Made by a program: the position numbers and the translations under genes
Assembly: GCA_965205975.1 (NCBI GenBank)
Contig: OZ242195.1
Location: 4,096,001-4,160,000 of the forward strand
DNA length: 64,000 nucleotides
Direction: 5' to 3'
Origin: Candidatus Latescibacterota bacterium
Lineage (GTDB): Bacteria; Latescibacterota; UBA2968
In this document: piece by piece, positions 45,985-55,294 of the stretch
Position numbering within the stretch: position 1 is the stretch's first letter
Layout: each line of letters opens with the position of its first letter
Notes under the pieces: generated by a model
The model's input: the letters and a program-made list of their open reading frames with translations, nothing else
The model's database searches: none
What the model was told of the DNA's origin: nothing

Positions 45985-47301
45985 CTAATCCATCAACCTC
46001 ACATTGTATTGTCGCGCAGAGGACCGGTATCCGCGATACAGACTCTCATCCAGAGGATGCGGCGTGTAAATATAGATCGCGGAATCCCACGGATTGTACA
46101 GAACCACCTCTTCCCGTTCATCTCCGCACACATCTGCTGGAATGCAGTGATACCATGCCATGCGCCCAACGGGTTCCGGATCCGGAAGACCCGGCAGAGA
46201 GATAGAGGTCCCCTCAAGAGGCAGCCACAGCATCCCACCATTGTACAGAAGCGCAGGCGCGTCCGCCCCATTCCAGTACACAACCTCCATACCCGTATTG
46301 TTGGGCGAAGGATTGAGGCGAAAACCGTTGAGACAATTCCCTTTTGTATCCACAACCATAACATCCGTATTGTGACCCTGATATCGAATCACCATCTGGG
46401 GAGACGGATCGTGCGCGCTAAACCGCGCCACCCTCACCTCCTGACCGTGGGGAACCTTCTCCTCGCCGAGACGCAGAACTACATTTCCACAACCGTCCAT
46501 CACATGTCCAAACCCAGAGCATATGGCACGCATCTGTCCATTATCCCACTCTGTGATAAACACCGAATCCATATTCCATCCAAGTTGCTCTTCCCAGAGC
46601 ACCGTCCCATCGTGATCTAACAAAAAGTATCCGCCATTCACCTCGTCCCTGCCATCGCCGTCAATGTCTCCGACCGAGGGAATGTACGCAGGACATCGGC
46701 TGTACTCGGTCCATTCGGATTCATAGGTCCAGAGTACCTGAAGATCCTCATCAAAAGCAATGACCTTGCCCCCGAGCTTAATCACAAAATCTCGAGGCGT
46801 ATCAGTCCCGCGGAAATTGGCAATCATAATGCGCTGATGCACCCAATTCGCCCCTTGTCCACGACACGACTGCAACTCAGCGGGATTATCTTGCTTCACG
46901 AGATCGCCATTCGCCCCGTCCCGAATCTGAATGACGACATTTGCCATCGAATCGGGATCGGCCTCAACCGCAGGATCCAGGAAAAAGCAAATAACCTCCT
47001 CAGCTCCATCGCCATCAATATCGCAAATAGCGACGGGACCTGGCCGGCTGGGCTGGACGCCACCCTCTCCCACCCGCCACAGAACCTCGCCATCCGCGTT
47101 AAAAGCACCGAGAAAACACGGCTTCATGCCCCCGCCGTCATGCGCATCGTCAACCGACCGGTACACCAGAAAATCCGCCCGCCCCTTTCCCTCGAGATCG
47201 CCCATCCGGATATCCCCGCCATATATACCCTCCTCTGCCGTAACGCAGAACTCAGGCGGAATCTCCACTCGCTTATATAAAATCGGGCTGCCGTATTGCA
47301 T
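45985..47301 (-). CDS. FG-GAP/beta-propeller protein, rhamnogalacturonan lyase (PL11)-like
   Basis: Repeated DIDGDG.EE, GDIDGDGRDE and ADVCGDEREEVV motifs. Confidence 0.6.
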   Translation of the reverse strand: MQYGSPILYKRVEIPPEFCVTAEEGIYGGDIRMGDLEGKGRADFLVYRSVDDAHDGGGMKPCFLGAFNADGEVLWRVGEGGVQPSRPGPVAICDIDGDGAEEVICFFLDPAVEADPDSMANVVIQIRDGANGDLVKQDNPAELQSCRGQGANWVHQRIMIANFRGTDTPRDFVIKLGGKVIAFDEDLQVLWTYESEWTEYSRCPAYIPSVGDIDGDGRDEVNGGYFLLDHDGTVLWEEQLGWNMDSVFITEWDNGQMRAICSGFGHVMDGCGNVVLRLGEEKVPHGQEVRVARFSAHDPSPQMVIRYQGHNTDVMVVDTKGNCLNGFRLNPSPNNTGMEVVYWNGADAPALLYNGGMLWLPLEGTSISLPGLPDPEPVGRMAWYHCIPADVCGDEREEVVLYNPWDSAIYIYTPHPLDESLYRGYRSSARQYNVRLMD

Positions 47302-47465
47302 CGGGTTGCTCCCCTTGTCTTTATGTAGTTCAACAAAAAAATGCCTTGAAAGAATATATCTCTCTAACTAAGATTAAAAAGACAAAACGTCCGGTGTGTC
47401 AGGGTAAGATGGAAGGTGTAGAAAGTAGATAGGATTTGATGTTTGCTACATATTGAGGATCTCAC

Positions 47466-48137
47466 ATGAGCAGAAAGAAAATTTCTTTTCCAAGTTCAAA
47501 TTTTGAATCTGGTATATGTGGATTAAGGGATAATACGACGGGTAAATATTTGGGACATGTGGAAAAAGAACCAGAAAAACTTGGTTTTTATCCTGTGATT
47601 GACGGATTGTTGCCTGAGAGATGGCTGGTAGATATAGAGGGCCTTTGGGGTGAGAAAGAAGCATTGGATATTTTGTCCAAACATACAGGGATACACAGAA
47701 AAAATTTAGAATTGGTACAGCACAGCGAAAATTTTTCTGTATTATCATTTTATCCTGTTGAGAGGACAAACAAGATGCCCAGACAGCGCTTTTGTGCCAC
47801 AGTTGAAAAAATTTACAAAGAACCGAATTATTGGTTTAAGGGACCGGAAGAATTGGAAATGGTACGTTTATCCGATGTGTTTTTAGTTTGTGATAAGTGC
47901 GGAGAAGTATCAGATACACGAGTGCTATTTCATTATGGCACATTTGGAGAATCTATTACATGTACTTATACATCTGTGAGTAAAGGAAAATGGGCTGAGT
48001 ATATTACTGAAGGGGATATTATACATTTTTATGCTCGGTATAGCCAACGAGGGCGTGAGCCAGAAGAATGGACATTAAAAAATATCACAAAGGTCGAAGT
48101 GCGTCGTCGTAAAGTTATTCGTATGAATACAAGGTGA
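47466..48137 (+). CDS. Hypothetical protein (AT-rich, probably acquired)
   Basis: 223-aa ORF with a GAGGA RBS; composition differs from the flanks. Confidence 0.6.
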   Translation: MSRKKISFPSSNFESGICGLRDNTTGKYLGHVEKEPEKLGFYPVIDGLLPERWLVDIEGLWGEKEALDILSKHTGIHRKNLELVQHSENFSVLSFYPVERTNKMPRQRFCATVEKIYKEPNYWFKGPEELEMVRLSDVFLVCDKCGEVSDTRVLFHYGTFGESITCTYTSVSKGKWAEYITEGDIIHFYARYSQRGREPEEWTLKNITKVEVRRRKVIRMNTR

Positions 48138-48235
48138 TGTGTTCACGAATTTTAATTCTGTTATCAAGAGGGGTATCGTATAATTGATCCGTGCGGCGAG
48201 CGGCGTTGGTTTTTTGGATGACAGCTCAAAACATT

Positions 48236-48270
48236 CTGGATCGCGGCTAAAATCCTGCCGCGATGACGGG
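48236..48270 (+). repeat. CGTC/ATGAC-type REP-like palindrome
   Basis: CTGGATCGCGGC-N9-GCCGCGATGACGGG. Confidence 0.5.
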
Positions 48271-48301
48271 ATCCTCTCTTCTCCCTTTATACCTATATCC
48301 C

Positions 48302-50770
48302 ATGAAAAAAACCCTCTACCTCGCAAAAAACTACCTCACCATCGCCGTCCGCAACCTGCTGAGACATCCGGGCTATTCATTGATCAACCTGTCCGGACTG
48401 GCACTCGGAATGGCGTGTGCGGTATTACTCGCGATCTACATCTCCTATGAACTGAGCTACGACCGGTTTCGCCCAGAAGTAGCGCGCACCTACCGCGTCA
48501 TGAAACAAACCCGCCATGCAAACGGGCGGATAGCGTGGAACACAGGGCAACAGGGACCATTGGCAACCGTACTGACCGAAGAATTTCCAGACGTGGAAGA
48601 CGCCACGCGATTTTGGGCGGGGCTCAGATGGATAACCGCCGGGGAAAAATCGTTTCAACAGATGTTCTGGCTAAGCGACCCCAACGTATTCGCATTCTTC
48701 GGCATCGAAGTCCTGACAGGCGATCTCCAAACCGCATTACAGGACCCCTTTTCAGTAGTTATCACAGAACCCATCGCCCGGAAATTTTTCGGAATCGCCG
48801 ATCCAATCGGCAAAACAATCACCGTAGATCACAACCTGTTTGGCGGCACATATCAAATCACGGGCGTCATTCGGCAATCGCCTCACAACTCGCGGTTCCA
48901 GTATGACTTCATCACCGCCACCATGCCGCAGGGCGTTCGCCAGCGCAGATCGTGGGACCACTGGTTGCCGCCAGCGTACTCGCGCCCGGCAAACACATAT
49001 CTGCGCCTGAAACCTGGAGCAAACCCCGAAGACATCGCCTCCAAATTGCCAGAACTCGTCGAACGCTACGCGGAAATCGCAGAAGACGAAAGCGAAACCG
49101 TGCGCTATTATCTGCATCCCGTCTCGCGCATGCACCTGTATTCCAAAGCCGATATGCCCGGATTTACCGGCGATGCGGGAAGATCCTACAAAGACATACA
49201 GCAACTTTATCTGCTGGGACTCGTGGGATTCTTCATCCTCACAATAGCCTGCATCAACTTCATGAACCTCTCCACAGCCCGATCCGCCAGCCGTGCGAAA
49301 GAAGTGGGACTCCGAAAAGTCGTGGGCGCATATCGCTCGCACCTCATAAAGCAATTCCTTGGCGAATCCCTCCTCTTATCCGCCCTATCCGCCTGTATAG
49401 CCCTCGGACTGGTATATCTCGCACTGCCCCCGTTCAGCGCATTTGTGCAGGAAAATCTCGCCATGAACAGCGGATTAATCCTCTGGATCCTGGGAATCAC
49501 CCTCTTCGTCGGGCTATTATCCGGAAGCTATCCCGCACTCTACCTCTCTGCATTCGAACCCGCAACCGTATTGAAAGGCGGTGCAATCAAAGCCGGTTCG
49601 ACCCCTGCCCGCGTGCGAAAAGGACTCGTCGTACTGCAATTTGCCATTTCGATTATATTAATTATAGGAACCATCATTGTAGCCGATCAAATGCGATTGA
49701 TCCGGGAAAAAGACCTGGGATTTAACAAAGATGAAGTCGTCGTCGCCTCAATCTTCCGGCAAGACCGATATCAGAGCAATGGCGGACAATTGCAAAAGCG
49801 GTATATTCAGATAAAAGACGCATTCTCACAACACCCGAACATCACAACCGTATCGGCAACATCGGATCTGCCGGGAAACAGCTGGCCTAACCGCGAGTGG
49901 TTCTTCCCGGAAGGCGACCCAAACCGGGGCGTTGAAGTGCGCGTATTTGGCGCAGACGAGGCATTTATAGACTGCTACGACATTCCCCTGCTATCCGGAC
50001 GAAATTACGACCGCGCGTATGCGGAACGGGCGTGGGAAAGACGCGGCAAACCCGGCGAATTATTCGTCATAAACGAAACCGCAGCAAAAGCATTTGGCTG
50101 GACAGACCCCGTGGGCAAAATACTGAACTCACACGTTCGAAAAGGACATGTAATCGGCGTAGTCAAAGACTTTCACTATCGGCCCCTCTACGAAACCATC
50201 GAGCCACTGGTCATCACAGCCGCGTGGTATCGCCTCAGCCACCTCTCCATACGAATTCGACCGCAAGGACTCTCAGAAACAATGGCATTTCTACAACGCA
50301 CCTGGACGGAATTTCTCCCCACCCGCTCGCCCGAAATCGTCTTTGCGTCCGATCCGTTGGAAAGCTGGTATCGGGACGACCAGCGCACGGGACAAATATT
50401 CAGCGCGGCATTTGTCATCGCGATCTTCGTAGCGTGTCTGGGACTACTGGGTCTGGCGGCCTTCACCGCAGAACAGCGCACAAAAGAAATAGGCATACGC
50501 AAAACAATGGGCGCGTCTGTCTGGAATCTCGTAATACTCCTGTGCAAAGACTTCGTCATACTCGTCGGAATAGCAAATCTAATCGCCTATCCGATTATTT
50601 ATCTGGCGATGGAACGGTGGTTGCAGCATTTCGCCTATCGGATAGAACTCAGCGCAGCCCCATTTGTCCTCGGAAGCCTCCTGACATTGGGAATCGCGCT
50701 ATTAACCGTAAGCACGCAGGCGTGGAAAGCCGCTCGAACAAATCCCACTGAGACACTGCGATATGAGTGA
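48302..50770 (+). CDS. MacB/FtsX-family ABC permease
   Basis: KNYLTIAVRN, IACINFMNLSTARS, RTKEIGIRK and NPTETLRYE. Confidence 0.93.
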   Translation: MKKTLYLAKNYLTIAVRNLLRHPGYSLINLSGLALGMACAVLLAIYISYELSYDRFRPEVARTYRVMKQTRHANGRIAWNTGQQGPLATVLTEEFPDVEDATRFWAGLRWITAGEKSFQQMFWLSDPNVFAFFGIEVLTGDLQTALQDPFSVVITEPIARKFFGIADPIGKTITVDHNLFGGTYQITGVIRQSPHNSRFQYDFITATMPQGVRQRRSWDHWLPPAYSRPANTYLRLKPGANPEDIASKLPELVERYAEIAEDESETVRYYLHPVSRMHLYSKADMPGFTGDAGRSYKDIQQLYLLGLVGFFILTIACINFMNLSTARSASRAKEVGLRKVVGAYRSHLIKQFLGESLLLSALSACIALGLVYLALPPFSAFVQENLAMNSGLILWILGITLFVGLLSGSYPALYLSAFEPATVLKGGAIKAGSTPARVRKGLVVLQFAISIILIIGTIIVADQMRLIREKDLGFNKDEVVVASIFRQDRYQSNGGQLQKRYIQIKDAFSQHPNITTVSATSDLPGNSWPNREWFFPEGDPNRGVEVRVFGADEAFIDCYDIPLLSGRNYDRAYAERAWERRGKPGELFVINETAAKAFGWTDPVGKILNSHVRKGHVIGVVKDFHYRPLYETIEPLVITAAWYRLSHLSIRIRPQGLSETMAFLQRTWTEFLPTRSPEIVFASDPLESWYRDDQRTGQIFSAAFVIAIFVACLGLLGLAAFTAEQRTKEIGIRKTMGASVWNLVILLCKDFVILVGIANLIAYPIIYLAMERWLQHFAYRIELSAAPFVLGSLLTLGIALLTVSTQAWKAARTNPTETLRYE

Positions 50771-50934
50771 TATATCATTAACTGAGGTTACGTAGTTTTA
50801 AAACACTGTCTTTACAGACTTGCAAGCTGGACCTAAAGGCTTTTTGCTGGCTTTTTGTGATGACACTTTTTATTTTGGAATGTCTGAATACTACATACTG
50901 ATTTGGATATTCGCTGCAAAAGGAGAATTCATAG

Positions 50935-53919
50935 ATGGCTAAAGAAAATCGAGATGAAGCACTGAAACGCGCAGGTGAAGTCGCAAAAGATATCATAGCA
51001 GAACTTGACCACTTCGAGGTTGATTACCAATCCAGTATTCCTACTACTAAACCACCTACAACACGCGATAGAATAGCGGTAACTGAGTCGTCTATAAAGA
51101 GTCATAACATTGTGGCACAAAACATGCGTGAATTAAAAAAAGAACCCTTTATTGCCTATGCCAAATGCCTCCGGAATGGAAAAGAAATCTATTTCCTTTT
51201 TTGCCGAAATTACACGCCACCTACAAATCAAGCCCCCTTAAAGGTCAATAGCCTTTTTGTCAGTTACAAAGCTCCTATTGGTCAAGTCGCATCTCTTGAT
51301 TTAGGTCAGCAAATTCCTGTGAATGGACGGTATATCAAAGTTCTTGAAAAGACTATCTTTAAACCAGTATTCGACAAGAAATGGGATGGAACTGATAACC
51401 AATTCAATTTGCTAAAAGAAGATATTTCAGCCGAATCTCTCCGTAAACTTATAGAACTGTTTACAGAATCCAAGATTGAGAAGCAGGATACGGTAGCAAC
51501 AGCAGACCAACGCGATTTGCTAATGAAATTGATTCGTTCTCGGTCATTTACACCAGAGGAGCGAAACAAAACCGAAAAGTGGCTTGAGACGCCCAAGGCA
51601 ACGGCAGAGCAGGTCTCATTGCTCATTGACAAGGCACGGCACCGTATTGCTACCAATTATCAGGATGAATTGGATGAAGAAGAAGCTCTCAAGGCGTATA
51701 AAGAAGCAGAAGAGTTGGGCAAACTCCGTGAGCTTGAACGAGCGCGCCAGCAGCGTAACCGGAGAGCGATCCGACGAAAACTGGAATTGATTGATAGACC
51801 AGTACTCGACCAACATCAGGATAAGATTTTTCGCCTTTCTCTAAGATCACAGATTATTCTTACAGGCGCGCCTGGTACAGGAAAAACAACTGCACTTGTC
51901 AAGCGCATCTCACAAAAATCTAGAGAAGAGTTTCTTAGTGATGAAGAAAAAAGGGGCCTCGGAGAATTTACCAACCGAGAAGAAATTGCCAACCAATGGA
52001 TTATGTTTGCACCCAGCGATCTTCTGAAGGTCTATCTCAAAGAAGCCATGAACAAGGAAGGAATAGCAGAATCTAATATCGTTACTTGGGAAACTACACA
52101 AACCCGCCTTGCCCGAGAGGGCGTGTTAGATTTCCTTAAAGTGGCTGCTAATAGTAAAGGTCTGTTCCGTTTAGGGCGTGATGAAATCCTTGCAAGAACT
52201 CAGAACCGACAGTTGATACAATACACCAAGCGATTTGAGACGTATGTGACGGAAACCGTCTGGAAGACCTGCCGCGAAATAATGAGAACTCTCAGGACAA
52301 ACAAAACCAGCCCAGAGTTACTGAATCAACTAAAAAGAATTACTGGCAAATACTCACAGAAAATTCTTGCCAATATAGATAAGCAAGTTGATTTCGTAGA
52401 CGAACTTGCCAGACTTCAAAATATTTTTGAGAAGTTGCGTGAAGATCTAAAAAAAGATATGGAAAAGCTCACTGACAAAGTGATAAAAAGAAAAGGTGTT
52501 CTGAACGCTGTCGTTGAATTACTCGAAAAAGAAGCAACTTTGGAGACTCCCCAAATGACTGCGGAAGACGAGGACGAAGATGAAGGTGAATCACTCGAAG
52601 CTTTTGAAGAGATAGAGGAAATATCTTCTTGGGGGCGAAGATCTACGAAACAATACCAACGCGGTCATGCGGTAAACCGCATTAAGCTGGCTATTGCCTG
52701 GTATGTCGAATGGCTAGCAAGAGACCGAAAAAGCACAGAGAGCAAAAAGTATTGGCCAGTCATTCAATGCGTGCAATCGGTACTCGGGAATCAAGGGGTA
52801 GAAATGGCTTTTGGTGACGAAAAAACGCTTGTCGAATTGGGCAAGAGGCATTTGGACCTACGGTCTATAAGCCCATTGACGAAGGGTCATGAGATACTCT
52901 TGGATCAGATACCAGCATATTACAACAGGTTCCGTCGGATACTGCTTCGGGAAAAGAGTGCTTATCTTAAGACTGACCGCGCAACAGATATACGGGAGAA
53001 CAAGCTTTCTCGATCTGAAATTGATTTGTTAATTTTTATTATGCTAAAAAATGCGCGATCAATCTTTAAACGCCATAGCGACCTACTTTTCGACAACACA
53101 TGGCTTTCAAATCAGATTCTTGAAAAGATTCGTGCAGAATATAGAGTTCAGGTACTCGTTGATGAAGCCACTGACTTTTCATCTTTGCAATTGGGGTGTA
53201 TGTTTTTCCTTTCACATCCGAGATTCAATTCATTTGTGCTTTCGGGTGATCTCATGCAGCGTGTAACAAATCACGGACTGGCAGATTGGCAAGAGTGTAA
53301 TCTGTTTCTGAAAAAATTAGAGAAACACACGCTGGACAAAAGCTATCGGCAAAGTGCCAGATTATTGCAGATCGCCAAAAGGCTCTATGTCCAGACTATG
53401 AAAACACCTGCTCCTTTTGAAACTTCATACAATAAAAATGAAAATGCTCCTCCCCCTTTGCAATTCAATGCCAAACAGAATCGAGATGCACTGGCTGAAT
53501 GGCTGGCTGAGCGCATTTCTGAAATCTACAGAATCCATGAAAACCACCTGCCTTCTATCGCTATCTTCGTGCCCGATGAGTCAGATATTGAACCTCTCTA
53601 TGACATTTTGGTAGAACCTCTCAATTCTCGTGCCTTTGAACTCGACAAGTGTATTGATGGAAAATTTGGCGATGGCGAAAAGGTTCGTATTTTCAGTGTC
53701 AAATATATCAAAGGGCTTGAGTTTCAAGGCGCATTTTTAGTAGATGTGGATAAAATTCAGCGAAACAATCCTAACCTGGTGGATAAATATCTTTACGTGG
53801 GATTAACTCGAGCGGCGGAATTTCTGGGCATTACTTACAATGGAAGGTTTCCATCTCGTCTGAGCGCAGTTCAAGAAGAATTCCATACTTCAGACTGGAA
53901 CGACTATATAAGCATATGA
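50935..53919 (+). CDS. Superfamily 1 (UvrD/HelD-like) helicase/ATPase
   Basis: GAPGTGKTT, LVDEATDF, GDLMQR, SYRQ, KGLEF and YVGLTRA motifs. Confidence 0.85.
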   Translation: MAKENRDEALKRAGEVAKDIIAELDHFEVDYQSSIPTTKPPTTRDRIAVTESSIKSHNIVAQNMRELKKEPFIAYAKCLRNGKEIYFLFCRNYTPPTNQAPLKVNSLFVSYKAPIGQVASLDLGQQIPVNGRYIKVLEKTIFKPVFDKKWDGTDNQFNLLKEDISAESLRKLIELFTESKIEKQDTVATADQRDLLMKLIRSRSFTPEERNKTEKWLETPKATAEQVSLLIDKARHRIATNYQDELDEEEALKAYKEAEELGKLRELERARQQRNRRAIRRKLELIDRPVLDQHQDKIFRLSLRSQIILTGAPGTGKTTALVKRISQKSREEFLSDEEKRGLGEFTNREEIANQWIMFAPSDLLKVYLKEAMNKEGIAESNIVTWETTQTRLAREGVLDFLKVAANSKGLFRLGRDEILARTQNRQLIQYTKRFETYVTETVWKTCREIMRTLRTNKTSPELLNQLKRITGKYSQKILANIDKQVDFVDELARLQNIFEKLREDLKKDMEKLTDKVIKRKGVLNAVVELLEKEATLETPQMTAEDEDEDEGESLEAFEEIEEISSWGRRSTKQYQRGHAVNRIKLAIAWYVEWLARDRKSTESKKYWPVIQCVQSVLGNQGVEMAFGDEKTLVELGKRHLDLRSISPLTKGHEILLDQIPAYYNRFRRILLREKSAYLKTDRATDIRENKLSRSEIDLLIFIMLKNARSIFKRHSDLLFDNTWLSNQILEKIRAEYRVQVLVDEATDFSSLQLGCMFFLSHPRFNSFVLSGDLMQRVTNHGLADWQECNLFLKKLEKHTLDKSYRQSARLLQIAKRLYVQTMKTPAPFETSYNKNENAPPPLQFNAKQNRDALAEWLAERISEIYRIHENHLPSIAIFVPDESDIEPLYDILVEPLNSRAFELDKCIDGKFGDGEKVRIFSVKYIKGLEFQGAFLVDVDKIQRNNPNLVDKYLYVGLTRAAEFLGITYNGRFPSRLSAVQEEFHTSDWNDYISI

Positions 53920-53927
53920 TCGCGCCC

Positions 53928-53969
53928 TAGTAATGCGTAATTATTATTCACTAATGTTATGCATTACTA
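53928..53969. terminator. Imperfect palindrome between convergent genes (possible terminator)
   Basis: TAGTAATGCGTAA...TTATGCATTACTA. Confidence 0.45.
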
Positions 53970-54043
53970 CTGATACGCCATCAAGCGCAGTACGCAAACT
54001 AATTGTGCTTTTTCTGCCATCTCTTCAGGGTATTATTTCACAA

Positions 54044-55147
54044 TCAAAATCCCGATTTTTGTTTATCAATGTATTTTCCAAATCCATCAAATTCATAAAT
54101 CACCATTACCATTCCGGTATTAAAGTCTATGCCTTCCGCTTTCACACCCACAGCTTGAAGTTGCCACTTATTGTCAAGAATAAATCCTTTAGTCCAACCA
54201 AGAATACGCGCCCCCTTCGCCAATGCCGTCATATAAAACGGTGGGTCCTTCAACATAGAATCTGCGGCCGGCCGCAAAAAATCCTGCTCAACACCTTTTC
54301 CATACTTCCATTCGAGTAGGTCGCGCAATTCCTCATATTTTTCTCTGATTTTAAAACCATACTCATCTGCTTTTACCTCAAAACTAAACAACACCTTAAC
54401 AAGTCCATCAGAGGGCGGAACAACAAAAGTTGCATTTAACGCACCTATTGGCACCTTAGGGTTAAACTGAGCATAGACACCCTCTCCTTGTTCTTCAAGA
54501 TCACCAAATCCCAAAGCACGTATTTCCGAAATACTCATGCCTTTTTTAAGACCAAAAATATCACCTTCAGTACTTGAGTCTGAAGTAAAAACTATGTTTA
54601 CAACATCCGTTTCTTTGATAAAATTAGCAAACATCGCGGTATCCGTTCCGGAACTTTCACTTGACTGTTTAGCCAAATCCAAAAGCTGCGCTCCTGAAAT
54701 AGTAAGAATTAGGTTATCGCCATCCAAAAAGCAACCATACCTGAAAACAAAATCTTCATCAATAGCTACGACGAGCTTATCACCATCAATACGCCAAGTC
54801 CCTTTATCTCCAATCTTATTTTGCCATGTATTATCCGCGTAAAAACGCCTTTCCATTCCCTCTGATATTTGTATAAAAAAGTCTTCCAAAATGGGCAACA
54901 CGGTATTACTCATCGTCTCAGCCTGAACGGAATCCATGCCTTGAACGCGAAGATAATTTTTCAGATTATCAGCCAACAGCACAGGCGCGTCAGTATCCTT
55001 AAATTTCCATACACCGACAAGGTCGCTTTCTCCAGGTATAGAAACAGCCTTACCTTTAACCTCAGGGTCTTTCTCCGATGCAGAAACAACCAAAAAACAA
55101 CCAAAAGTTAAGTAAAGCAAACTAGTCCATACCAAAAATCTATTCAT
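54044..55147 (-). CDS. Exported hypothetical protein with a lipocalin-like N-terminal domain
   Basis: Signal peptide, LVGVWKF and GTWRIDGDKL motifs; AGGAG RBS. Confidence 0.65.
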   Translation of the reverse strand: MNRFLVWTSLLYLTFGCFLVVSASEKDPEVKGKAVSIPGESDLVGVWKFKDTDAPVLLADNLKNYLRVQGMDSVQAETMSNTVLPILEDFFIQISEGMERRFYADNTWQNKIGDKGTWRIDGDKLVVAIDEDFVFRYGCFLDGDNLILTISGAQLLDLAKQSSESSGTDTAMFANFIKETDVVNIVFTSDSSTEGDIFGLKKGMSISEIRALGFGDLEEQGEGVYAQFNPKVPIGALNATFVVPPSDGLVKVLFSFEVKADEYGFKIREKYEELRDLLEWKYGKGVEQDFLRPAADSMLKDPPFYMTALAKGARILGWTKGFILDNKWQLQAVGVKAEGIDFNTGMVMVIYEFDGFGKYIDKQKSGF

Positions 55148-55294
55148 ATCGAAATCTCCTATTTAACTGATGTTACGCAGTTGCGGATTTATTCTTTATA
55201 TTACGTCGTGTGTGAACTCAAAGCAACCATAGATAAAAGGCAACTGTATGCAACTATCATCTTTACCGCTCTCTCCAGAATCGCGATTTCCCCC

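Noticed and set aside
53928..53969. dif/XerCD site
   Set aside because: The spacer is far longer than 6 bp and there is no TTATGTTAAAT-like XerD arm.
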